Translations under genes and position numbers: made by a program
The notes under the pieces: model-generated
Told to the model about the DNA's origin: nothing
Databases searched by the model: none
Seen by the model: only the letters and a program-made list of their open reading frames with translations
Assembly: GCA_963847445.1 (NCBI GenBank)
Contig: CAWJZV010000014.1
Span: 32,001-96,000 of the forward strand
Direction of reading: 5' to 3'
DNA length: 64,000 nt
Source of the DNA: an uncultured delta proteobacterium
GTDB taxonomy: Bacteria > Desulfobacterota > Binatia > UBA9968
In this document: positions 21,162-30,564 of the stretch, piece after piece
Position numbering within the stretch: position 1 is the stretch's first letter
How the letters are laid out: each line of letters begins with the position of its first letter

Positions 21162-21180
21162 ATTGGTCGCTTCGCTCCTG

Positions 21181-21345
21181 GTTCAAATCGTTCAAGCCGT
21201 TCAACCGCTTCGCTCCGTTCAAGCCGTGGCCAGCTGTGCGGCTGTTCACGGTTCAAGGCTTCAAAGTTCAACGTGATCGGAGTTTCGGGATTGGAGTTTG
21301 GGTTTCGAGTTAAACCCGAAACACGCAACCCCAAACTCGAAACCT
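21181..21345. repeat. cluster of TTGAAC periodic repeats plus a 7-nt periodic inverted-arm element
   Basis: gttcaaatc gttcaagcc gttcaacc...; gtttcggga/gtttgg/gtttcgagtt opposite aaacccgaaac/aaactcgaaac. Confidence 0.7.
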
Positions 21346-21706
21346 ATTCCAATCGATAAAACCGTCGCGCGTTCTCGCCGCTGTCAAACCGGCGATTTTG
21401 ACAAGACGCCGTGATACACCATGCCGGTAAACGGCGATCATCAGTTGAATGTCGGCGCAGGATTCGAAGGAGAGCGAGGAACTATGTTAAAGCACAACCG
21501 CAGCCTTTGCGGCGATCGCACAGTTGCTGAGCGCGTTACCATGGCCACCATGGCAGCGGCAAGCAGCCAGCGAACTCGACCACCATCCGCATCGCCCACA
21601 ACGGCTACTCCAGCGAGATGGCGTCGATTAATAATTTTTGCACAGGATTACCCTCCGACAAACGTTTCAATAACAAGCGCATTTCCGCGGCGATTTCCTG
21701 CTCGCC

Positions 21707-22702
21707 CTACGGAATAAACATGACTTCGATAAATTTGAGCGCCTCCTTGGGAAAAATCCCGAGCTCGACGCTTTCTCGCAAATAACGTTTCTCGATATCG
21801 AGATTGGCTTTGTCCGGCCAGGAAAAATCTTTCGGCAGAAAGAACTGTTTAGTGCGCGGCCAGCCGATCTTCAGTTCGTCCTCAGTTTCCAAACCGAACA
21901 ATCGCTTGGCATGTTTGCGAAAATGGACCTCGTCGTCTTGCACGCCCTTGATCATCTCGCTCCAGGCCGCCCGGATCTTCGGCATCAGTGCGGCGTTCTT
22001 GGCAGCCCATGATTCTGACGTGCCGAGCCAGCCGAGCAGTTTGACTTTGGTGTTGAGGATCCGGTTCAACTCATCGCGCGGCGTCACCAGCACGCGATAT
22101 TTGCCGGTGGCGAGCAGCTTTGAGGCATGAGCCTCCCATGTGTAGCCGGCTTCGACTTCGCCCCGCTCGAGCGTTGCGCTGATTCCCGGGGCGCCGAGTT
22201 TCTTCAATTGGAAGAATTTTTCGATCTGAATACCGTCCTTTTTCATCATGTAATCGAAGTTGTTGTAAGCCGACGTCACTTCGGGCGGCATGGCGAACGG
22301 TTTGTCCTTCAAATCTTTGAGATTTTTGTAAGGCGCGTCTTTGCGCACGAGTATCGAGTTGTGCGGCGTTTGATAGGGACTGATTAAGCGCAGCGCGATA
22401 TCGCTCAAATTGGCCCGCACCGCCGACTCTGCGGTCGAGATGCCCAAATGCACGGTGCCGAAAGCGACCAGCTTTTCGGCCTCCGCGAGTGCCGCCCAGC
22501 GCGGCTTGACGATAAAGCCATGCTTGCGGTCGATGCCCTTGTCCATCAAGTACTGCCCGCCTAGACCGAACATGCCGTCTTCCGGTAGCGCGACTTCGAG
22601 GGTCGGCAGCTCCGAGGCTTGCCCAGCCACGGAAATTTCCGCAAACGCCGCCGTCAGCGCAAGCGCGCACACCGACGCAATAATCGAGTTAAGCCTTCTC
22701 AT
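21707..22702 (-). CDS. ABC transporter substrate-binding protein (NMT1/SsuA-like)
   Basis: Signal peptide, LKDLKDK, LERGEVEA; overlaps the ATPase stop. Confidence 0.85.
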   Translation of the reverse strand: MRRLNSIIASVCALALTAAFAEISVAGQASELPTLEVALPEDGMFGLGGQYLMDKGIDRKHGFIVKPRWAALAEAEKLVAFGTVHLGISTAESAVRANLSDIALRLISPYQTPHNSILVRKDAPYKNLKDLKDKPFAMPPEVTSAYNNFDYMMKKDGIQIEKFFQLKKLGAPGISATLERGEVEAGYTWEAHASKLLATGKYRVLVTPRDELNRILNTKVKLLGWLGTSESWAAKNAALMPKIRAAWSEMIKGVQDDEVHFRKHAKRLFGLETEDELKIGWPRTKQFFLPKDFSWPDKANLDIEKRYLRESVELGIFPKEALKFIEVMFIP

Positions 22703-23481
22703 GATAAGACCTCGTCTTTTTCAATTAGTTTGAGGACAATGCTCAACAACTGTTTTTTGAACCGAATGAACTGGACGTCGTCGACGTCGCGCAGGCCCGG
22801 CGGCAAGGGGTTTTCGAGGATCTCGACGATGCGCGCCGGCCGCGCTCGGAGAATCACGATGCGGTCGCCCATGTAGGCGGCTTCTTCGACATCGTGGGTC
22901 ACCATCACCGTGGTCTGCTTCAAACGGGCACAGATGGCGAGCGACTCTTCGCGCAGACGGCGCGCGGTCAATTGATCGAGTTTGCTGAACGGCTCGTCCA
23001 TCAGCAGCACTTCCGGTTCGATCACCAGACCGCGCGCCAGGCCGACACGCTGGCGCATGCCGCCGGAAAGATAGAGTGGGAACTGATTGCGGAACTCGGC
23101 CAGACCGACCAGGCTCAGATACTTGTCCAGGCGCTCCGGCCACTGTGCTGGCGGAATACTCATGCCTTTCAGAGCAAAGGTCAAATTCTGTTCGACACTC
23201 TTCCAGTTGAGCAAGCGCGCGTCCTGAAACACGTAGCCGAGCAGCGCCGCGCTTCGCGCCGACGCGTTGCCGTTGCCGATCACTTCAATCTTGCCCTGAT
23301 CGAGTCTTTCGAGACCGGAAATGGCGTTGAGCAGCGTCGATTTGCCGCAGCCCGACGGACCCAAGAGACAGGTAATACCGAACTCTTTGGTGTCGAAGGA
23401 AACCTTGTCGAGCACCAACATGTCCGAGCCGTCTTCGCGGGAGAAATATTTGACGGCATTTTCGACGTGAACGTAGGCCAT
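22699..23481 (-). CDS. ABC transporter ATP-binding protein (nitrate/sulfonate type)
   Basis: GPSGCGKS, LSGGMRQR, LLMDEPF, VTHD. Confidence 0.95.
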   Translation of the reverse strand: MAYVHVENAVKYFSREDGSDMLVLDKVSFDTKEFGITCLLGPSGCGKSTLLNAISGLERLDQGKIEVIGNGNASARSAALLGYVFQDARLLNWKSVEQNLTFALKGMSIPPAQWPERLDKYLSLVGLAEFRNQFPLYLSGGMRQRVGLARGLVIEPEVLLMDEPFSKLDQLTARRLREESLAICARLKQTTVMVTHDVEEAAYMGDRIVILRARPARIVEILENPLPPGLRDVDDVQFIRFKKQLLSIVLKLIEKDEVLS

Positions 23482-23589
23482 CGTCTTATTCGTTCAAACC
23501 GTTCAACCACTCCGTTCCGTTCGCTCAAAACCGAAACGGTGGATGCAAGGATATGCGAGATCGAGCAAGATGACATCGCGAAAGGCTGG

Positions 23590-24032
23590 GCGATAACGTG
23601 CTGGTCAATTTTCTCGAAATGGATATTGACTATACTCACATCGGCATGATCGCCCGCGACGGCAGTGTAGGCGCTAATCTCCGACAAGCCGAAGAACATG
23701 ATCGCCATCACCGCCCAAACCAACCCCGGCATGGTGAGTCCGAGAATCACCGGCGGCTCGAAGAAGCTTTCCAGGTTCGTCACTGTGCCCATCAGGACGC
23801 CAAGCGGAGATGGCGACATTCATGGCGACGTGGAATCCGACACCGATACGGCGCAAGGTTGCGCCCATCCAGAAAAGAATTGGCGGTAAAGACGAGCGAA
23901 ATCACTTCGGAAAAAGTCGCCGACGGCGAGCGGCATCGAGACTTGGCGGAAAGAAAACTGTCTGATCCGTCAGACGGCGATCATCGCCAGGATGACCGGC
24001 CGCGTAAAAGAAAGGTCATCGAAGCCGCCATG
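23590..24032 (-). pseudogene. ABC permease (SsuC/TauC-like), fragmented, C-terminal half missing
   Basis: Recognisable segments MGATLRRIGVGF and LGVLMG...FFEPPVILGLTMPGLVWAVMAIMFFGLSE in several frames; could be a low-quality consensus rather than a real pseudogene. Confidence 0.55.
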
Positions 24033-24274
24033 TCTTTGCGGCGCCCGGCGCGGTGCCGAAAGATGCGTACGTCCGCCGCAGCGCCGACTCGCGCCGAGAA
24101 CCAGGGACTTTTCTTCCCGTGCCATGATGTAGGGGAATCTATGGTTAATGGGTTTTTCTGTCAATAAGGATTCGGCCGGGAGCCCAGCGGCTAACGCTTG
24201 ATGAGCGAGGCGGAGATCGGTTAATGTCGCCGCTCGACGAAACTGGAGTGCTGGAGTAATGGAGTACTGGGTTT

Positions 24275-25297
24275 ATGAAGAAATCGCTTAGCAAGTTATT
24301 GGTCCTATCTGTCCTATCGGTCTCATTCCTAAGGGCTGCTTCCGCCCAGGACCAGTTCTTCAAAGGCAAGACCGTGCGCGTCATCGTGCCGTTCTCCGCC
24401 GGCGGCGGCTACGATATCTATTCACGCATCATGGGCCGGCACATGGGCAAATACATTCCCGGCAATCCGGTGTTCGTCGTCGACAATATGACCGGCGCCG
24501 GCGGGTTGATCGGCGTCAACCATGTCTACAAAGTCGCCAAGCCCGACGGCCTGACCATGGCGACGCCCATCGGCACGATGTTCGTCGATCAACTGATCGG
24601 CAAACCGGGCATCGAGTTCGACGGCAGGAGATTCGAGTACATCGGCGCGCCGGCGCAGGACACCCAACTGCTCATCGTCCATAAGCGCACCGGGTTAAAA
24701 AGCGTCGAGCAGTGGCTCGCCCACCCGACGCCGGTAAAATTCGGCAGCACCGGCCCCGGCTCGGCCAACGAATCGATCCCGAAGATCGCCAAGGAAGCGC
24801 TCAACCTGCCGCTCCAAGTAGTTTCCGGCTACAAAGGCAGCTCGGTGATCCGCTTGGCATTCAACAGCGGCGAAGTCGACGGCGTCGCCAACGCCTGGGA
24901 ATCGATGGTTTCCACTTGGCCGCAGGAAACTCAGAACGGCGACGCCGTAGTCTTGCTGCAAGCCGCCGGCAAGCGCCATGCCGATCTACCCAACGTGCCG
25001 CTGGTCATCGACTACGCCAGGACGGACATGGCGAAAAAATTGGTGCAAGGCGTGATCAACAACTTCGGCGCCACCGCCCGTCCCTACGTCGTCACCCCGG
25101 GCACGCCGAAAGCGCGGGTCGAGATGTTGCGCAAAGCCTTCATGGACACCATGCGCGATCCCGAGTTCGGCGCCGAGTTGAAACGCGCCAAACTCGATTT
25201 GAACCCGCTCGACGGTGCCACCCTCGATCGCAACGTCCGCGAACTATTCGCCCTCGACAAAGCGCTGATCCCCAAGCTGACTGAGATTCTCAAATAA
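24275..25297 (+). CDS. tripartite tricarboxylate transporter substrate-binding protein (Bug/TctC family)
   Basis: AGGGYD, NMTGAGG, PDGLT, GYKG, LPNVP; paralog of 14287-15309. Confidence 0.9.
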   Translation: MKKSLSKLLVLSVLSVSFLRAASAQDQFFKGKTVRVIVPFSAGGGYDIYSRIMGRHMGKYIPGNPVFVVDNMTGAGGLIGVNHVYKVAKPDGLTMATPIGTMFVDQLIGKPGIEFDGRRFEYIGAPAQDTQLLIVHKRTGLKSVEQWLAHPTPVKFGSTGPGSANESIPKIAKEALNLPLQVVSGYKGSSVIRLAFNSGEVDGVANAWESMVSTWPQETQNGDAVVLLQAAGKRHADLPNVPLVIDYARTDMAKKLVQGVINNFGATARPYVVTPGTPKARVEMLRKAFMDTMRDPEFGAELKRAKLDLNPLDGATLDRNVRELFALDKALIPKLTEILK

Positions 25298-25375
25298 TCG
25301 AGCATCTTGTCGGCGGTTCGAGCGCGGCGATGACTTGAGCCCGGCCGGTCAACCCAATCAGATGGAGGAGTTACC

Positions 25376-26527
25376 ATGAAAAAACTCTCCCCGATCCTGA
25401 TCCTGCTGGTTCTTCTATTCACGGGCTGCGGGCAGTTCGCCGGGCTCCCGTCGTTGATTCCGCGCGAAATCTTGTTTGCCAACCCTGCCAAAAAAGACCC
25501 ACAAATCTCCCCTGACGGCAAACATCTTTCCTATTTGGCGCCGGACAATAACAATCGGCGCGATCTGAGCGATGGCCATTGGATCGTGTCATTCGAGAGC
25601 GACCTTGGATCGACGCATCACTTTGTTTATGACCGCGCGACGAAATCCGCCAATTTCCTGTTCAGCGAACAACCGCAACTCGACCGGGCCAGGCTCGCGG
25701 CGATGCAGCCGATAAAAATTCCCGCGCGCGATGGCCTGGAAATTCACGGCTACCTGACGCTCCCTGCCGGTAGCGACGGCAAGAATCTCCCGACGGTCCT
25801 CTATGTCCACGGCGGCCCCTGGCTGCGCGACCGCTGGGGTTTTCATAACACCATCCAGTGGCTCGCCAACCGCGGCTACGCGGTGCTCCAAGTCAATTAC
25901 CGCGGCTCCAGCGGCTACGGCAGAAAATTTTTGCATGCAAGTTACAAAGAGTGGGGCGGCAAGATGCACGACGATCTGATCGACGGCGTCAACTGGCTTG
26001 TCCAACACGGCGTCGCCGATCCGCGCCGAGTCGGCATCATGGGCGGCTCCTATGGCGGCTACGCGGCGCTGGTCGGCCTGACGTTGACACCCGATGTTTT
26101 CGCCGCTGCGGTGAGCAGCGTCGGCATCAGCGATTTGATCTTCCACTACAATAACTATCCACCCTACTGGTCCCTCGGCAAACCGATTTTTCGCGTCCGC
26201 GTCGGCGACCCTGACAAAGAAGCGGATCTGTTAAAATCCCGCTCGCCGTTGTTTCACGTCGACAAAGCCAAGGCACCCGTCTTAATTGCCCATGGCACCA
26301 ACGACGCTCGGGTCGTGGCCGCGCAAAGCGAACAGATGGTCACCGCGCTACGCCAAGCCAATAAGCCGGTGGAATATTATGTATTTCCGGACGAAGGCCA
26401 TCGCCAATGGCGTCCCGAAAACAAATTTCACTACTATTCGCGAGTCGAGGAATTCCTCGCCAAGCATCTCGGCGGCCGCTTCGAACCCGCTGGCGAAATA
26501 TCCGGCCATTCGGCGATCGCCAAGTGA
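25376..26527 (+). CDS. S9 family peptidase lipoprotein with short (internally deleted) propeller
   Basis: FTGC lipobox, VHGGPW, GGSYGG, HGTNDARV, DEGH. Confidence 0.85.
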   Translation: MKKLSPILILLVLLFTGCGQFAGLPSLIPREILFANPAKKDPQISPDGKHLSYLAPDNNNRRDLSDGHWIVSFESDLGSTHHFVYDRATKSANFLFSEQPQLDRARLAAMQPIKIPARDGLEIHGYLTLPAGSDGKNLPTVLYVHGGPWLRDRWGFHNTIQWLANRGYAVLQVNYRGSSGYGRKFLHASYKEWGGKMHDDLIDGVNWLVQHGVADPRRVGIMGGSYGGYAALVGLTLTPDVFAAAVSSVGISDLIFHYNNYPPYWSLGKPIFRVRVGDPDKEADLLKSRSPLFHVDKAKAPVLIAHGTNDARVVAAQSEQMVTALRQANKPVEYYVFPDEGHRQWRPENKFHYYSRVEEFLAKHLGGRFEPAGEISGHSAIAK

Positions 26528-26603
26528 CACCACAGGGTATGTTGACCGGGAGGACACGTCTGGTGGTATGGCTTCGAATCCCTTCCAGGACAGGAGCCCC
26601 CCA

Positions 26604-27677
26604 ATGATCGTCGATGCCGATGCCCACGTAGTCGAAACCGAGCAGACTTGGAGCTATATGGATGGCTCCGACAAGAAATTTCGCCCGCAGCTTTTCAGCT
26701 CGGCGGACAATCCCAACATGCAGTATTGGTTCTGCGAAGGTAAATCGGTGGGCTTCCGGCCGCCGACGCTGACCGAGCAAGAGCTGATCGCGTTGTCGAA
26801 GGAAACCGGCCGCCAACTCAACACCGCCGCGGGGGCGCGCGAACTGCGCGACGTCGAGCTGCGCCTAGCGCACATGGACAAGCTCGGCATCGACGTCCAG
26901 GTGTTGTTCAATACCATGTGGATCGCCCGGGTCGCTGACAAACCCGAGGTCGAGATCGCGCTGTGCAGTTCGTGGAACCGTTGGATGGCCGACATGTGGA
27001 AGGCCGGTAAGAATCGCCTGCGTTATTCCTGCGTCGTTCCGGCGATGACGGTCAGCGAGGCGGTGCAGCAGATGCGCTTCGCCAAGGACAACGGTGCGGT
27101 CGCCGTCAGCCTGCGGCCCTTCGAAAACGACCGCCATCTCGTCGATCCCTATTTTTATCCGATCTACGAAGAGGCGATTCGGCTCGATCTCGCCATCGCC
27201 GTCCACATCGCCAACGGCAGCCCGGCGCTGATGGATCAGTTCAAACCGCGCTACGACAAGATGGGCGGCTTCGCCCAGTTCCGCGTGCCGACGGTGATCA
27301 CTTGCCTGTCGGTGATGATGAGCGAACTGCCGAAAACGTTTCCCAAACTGCGCTGGAGCTTCGTCGAAGCGTCAGCGCAGTGGGTTCCCTGGGTGGTCAA
27401 AGAAGCTACTCGAAGAAGCGGCAGCAAAGGCTTTCCCAAATTGCCGTTTAAGGATTTCAATATTTACGTCACCACGGAAACCAACGACGACTTCGACTTC
27501 GTCCTGCGCTACGCCGGCGAAGACAACGTCGTCATCGGCACCGACTACGGCCACACCGACGCGTCCAGTGAAGTAGACGCCATCGATATTTTCCGAGCGA
27601 ATAGCGAAGTCACCGACCCGGTAAAGAAAAAAATCCTCGACGACAACCCGCGCCGGCTGTATGGGATTCAAGATTAG
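26604..27677 (+). CDS. amidohydrolase_2 family protein
   Basis: DADAHVVE, GIDVQVLF, GTDYGH, ILDDNP; AGGAG RBS. Confidence 0.9.
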   Translation: MIVDADAHVVETEQTWSYMDGSDKKFRPQLFSSADNPNMQYWFCEGKSVGFRPPTLTEQELIALSKETGRQLNTAAGARELRDVELRLAHMDKLGIDVQVLFNTMWIARVADKPEVEIALCSSWNRWMADMWKAGKNRLRYSCVVPAMTVSEAVQQMRFAKDNGAVAVSLRPFENDRHLVDPYFYPIYEEAIRLDLAIAVHIANGSPALMDQFKPRYDKMGGFAQFRVPTVITCLSVMMSELPKTFPKLRWSFVEASAQWVPWVVKEATRRSGSKGFPKLPFKDFNIYVTTETNDDFDFVLRYAGEDNVVIGTDYGHTDASSEVDAIDIFRANSEVTDPVKKKILDDNPRRLYGIQD

Positions 27678-27679
27678 AA

Positions 27680-27863
27680 TGGCCGCAAAGTACGCATAGT
27701 ACGCAAAAGGGAATCAGTGGGGGACTGTGGTTGCCTTCTGCTACGACTGAGACCAGGAGTGGCTGGAGATAATTTGACATAGAGTCAGCAGTAAAGGAAT
27801 TTGGATTCGTAGGGGCGGGTTTTAAACCCGCCCTTTTTTGCGCCCTTTGCGTGCTATGCGGCC
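27680..27863. repeat. 9-nt periodic inverted arms enclosing a GTAG REP
   Basis: ggccgcaaagtacgcatagtacgcaaaa ... ttttgcgccctttgcgtgctatgcggcc; inner gtaggggcgggttttaaacccgccct at 27809-27834. Confidence 0.7.
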
Positions 27864-28003
27864 AATCCTAGGATTAACTAGACATTCATCCTGCAGACCA
27901 CAGGTTAGAGGCGAGGCCTATCCGCGCACTATCGAACTTTCGCACTTCGGAGTTTCGTAAAATGGGTCGAGCGCAGCGATACCCATCATTCGCATCATCA
28001 ACA

Positions 28004-28375
28004 TCACCGCCGCACCTGCGACAACGCCTTCCGCATCGGCAAGATTTCGCGGGTCAATGGATTGAGCATGAAACCGAGAGTTTCCAGCGTAACAGCACCA
28101 AGCAAGGCGCCGTCGCCTGCTTCGCCGAGAACGACCGGAGACGTAGCAGCCTCGCCGCGAATCTCGAATCGGCACTCGGATACGCCGCGCGTGATGGCGG
28201 TGCCGTCGGCGAGCGTAAACTCGACCTCGCGTTCCGGTTTGAGCCGCAGCGCTCGCCAGTCTTTCTCCGGCAGCACCGAATAGATCGCGCCCGAGTCGAC
28301 AAGAAAGCGCACGTCGCGGCTAGGTCCTCGGCCTTCAGACTTCCGCAAACGCGCATGGACGTAGGTCAGTCCCAT
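28004..28375 (-). CDS. clan AA (retropepsin-like) aspartic protease
   Basis: FLVDSGA catalytic motif, LADG, ALLGAVTLE. Confidence 0.85.
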   Translation of the reverse strand: MGLTYVHARLRKSEGRGPSRDVRFLVDSGAIYSVLPEKDWRALRLKPEREVEFTLADGTAITRGVSECRFEIRGEAATSPVVLGEAGDGALLGAVTLETLGFMLNPLTREILPMRKALSQVRR

Positions 28376-28558
28376 GCAGCTAAAAGTATAGTAGCAGTTT
28401 CCCGCGGTCAACTGTGCCATGGACCGCAGACAGTATCGATGGGTTGAGCAGAGCGATACCATCGACTGAATTACAGTGACTCAACTCAAATTCCCATGTC
28501 CAATTTATCGCGTCTAAGCAAGTTCGCCCTCGTTGAAATACGCTGCTGCCATACGGCA

Positions 28559-29835
28559 TCAGTCTTTTCGCCAGGTAAAGGTCACCGCATGATCCTTGTA
28601 TGGACGCAGGTCGAGGGTTCGCGTTCCGACAGGCGTATGAACTCCCAACATTTTGGCTTTCCAGTACGTGACCTTGAGGAGCCGAGGACCTATCGTCGTG
28701 CACTTGAGTCCATCACTTTTTTGTCCCGCCAGGGTTGGCTCCCGTTCGTTGAGACCGATTCCCTTCCACCAACCGCTGCTCGTCTGAACTTGCAGACACA
28801 CCTTGACGCGACCGGACGCGCCGTCGATAGCAGCGCTTCTTATTTCGATCTGATCTGCCCTGTCATCGGTTGTGACGGTTAGCTTCAGTGGCTTCGGCAA
28901 CGGCTTTTTTTCCGGCGGCGGCTTTCGCCGTTTGCTGAGTACCCCGATAGGCGATCTCGCCACGCGGATCGAGCAGCAGATGTCGCCGGGTTGTGATCGA
29001 GATCGACCACAAATGGCGTGTCGCCGCCGGCATTGATGATCTGGTTGCCGGTGCGCGTGAGTGTAATCTCAACCGTACCAATTCGCTGATAGTCCGAGGC
29101 GACACGGACTTTCAATCGGTCTATTTTCGCAACCGTAACCGCAATATCGCTTCGGCTGCTGCCCTTGGAATCTGCAATCACGTCGCCATGATAATTACCA
29201 ATGACAAGATCGGCCAGCTCACCGACCTGTTCAGGCGGCTTTATGCCCTCGTTCGATTTGCTCTCTGAACGCTTGCTTGTCTCGGAGCTATCGATTTGCG
29301 ATCCCGGCGACGAAGTTTGCCATGACCGCAGCGCAAAGGCGAAAAGACCTGCGACGATCACGACGCCGACAATCGCAGGCCATAGCCACGAAGGCTTCCC
29401 GTTTGACTTCGATTCTTTAGGTGATGTCGGTAGACGCGGTGCGGCACTGCCCATCGTGGCCGCGATGCCTTCACACAAGGCGTGAAAGCCACCGTGGGAT
29501 GAATCACCGTCCCAACCGATCAGATCGGCGGTTTGCTTGCGGCGAAACTCCAGCGGCAGCTTCACGTTATCGATCAATGCCGGCACCAGGACACGGCGCT
29601 CCGACGCGGCAGACGCTTCATTCTTGACCCACTCGGATTCAACCGAATGGATCGACCATAGGACAACCACACTCTTGGCAGTTTCCAACTCACGCTCAAT
29701 CACTTGATCGAAAGCCTGGCCGGCGACGATCTTGCGATCCCACCACACCGACCAACCGCGCTCGCCCAGTGCGCTTGCCAGTTTGGCCGCGCGATCGCGA
29801 TCTTCACTGGCGTAGCTGATAAACACATCGGCCAT
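28559..29835 (-). CDS. TIR-domain membrane protein with two C-terminal beta-rich domains (two indels near 28980 and 28925)
   Basis: DVFISYASED, VWWD, SEWVKNEA TIR motifs; TM WLWPAIVGVVIVAGLFAFAL; ORFs 28885-29835, 28863-29105 and 28559-28963 join into one plausible protein. Confidence 0.75.
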
Positions 29836-30023
29836 GGATTACCTCATCAACCGGCATTTCGCGATCGGGGTATGAACCCCGCTCGCGACCAAAGGGGATG
29901 TTCAACTCCCTTTGGAAACCCCAGCAATTTTGTGCCCGCAGCAAGCTGCGGGGAATATTAGATTCAAGTCGCTTACCCAGCTTAGGTTTCGTTCGCAGCA
30001 AAAGGTACCGGTACTTCGAAAGC

Positions 30024-30410
30024 TCAAATGACCTTGGCCCCTCGATCGACGAGCAGCTGACGCAGCACCGACCGATGGCAGCGCGCTTCATCTTCGCAGT
30101 AGCAGCCAACCGAAAAGTTCGTCTGTTGTGATAGCACCGCGAGCAAATCAATCACTCTGCTATTCTCCGCTTTAGCCATTTCATTGCGATAGCGCTTTAC
30201 GAAAGCCGCCCACTGGCGCTCATCTTCAGCGCGCAGCGCCAGCTTGACCGTCTCCGGCGCGGGCGACAGATTCGGCAACCAGACATCGTACCAATTGCCC
30301 GACGAGAATTTCGACTTGGGAACGCCGCGCGGCGGACGGCGCACGGTGCCGATACGCAGGCCTTCATTGGGAGATCTGTCACTGCCGAGACGGACGATGC
30401 GGATAGCCAT
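30024..30410 (-). CDS. DUF488 family protein
   Basis: RRPPRGVPK, WLPNLSP, CYCEDEARCHRSVL. Confidence 0.85.
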   Translation of the reverse strand: MAIRIVRLGSDRSPNEGLRIGTVRRPPRGVPKSKFSSGNWYDVWLPNLSPAPETVKLALRAEDERQWAAFVKRYRNEMAKAENSRVIDLLAVLSQQTNFSVGCYCEDEARCHRSVLRQLLVDRGAKVI

Positions 30411-30564
30411 TTGTTCTCGACTTTCGCGCCGGCAAAAGATGCACTGTCATGCGCGGCTCAATATAGCGCAAACCTGGCGCCCATGAGTAACGCTATTTGA
30501 CATGCGGAGCCGGCTAATTAATAGTCAGCCAAGCCGAAATCATCGCATCAAGGATAGCGCCAGC

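Noticed and set aside
21421-21717. 98-aa ORF with an RBS-like leader, possibly a decayed binding-protein start
   Set aside because: No recognisable family motif; insufficient support
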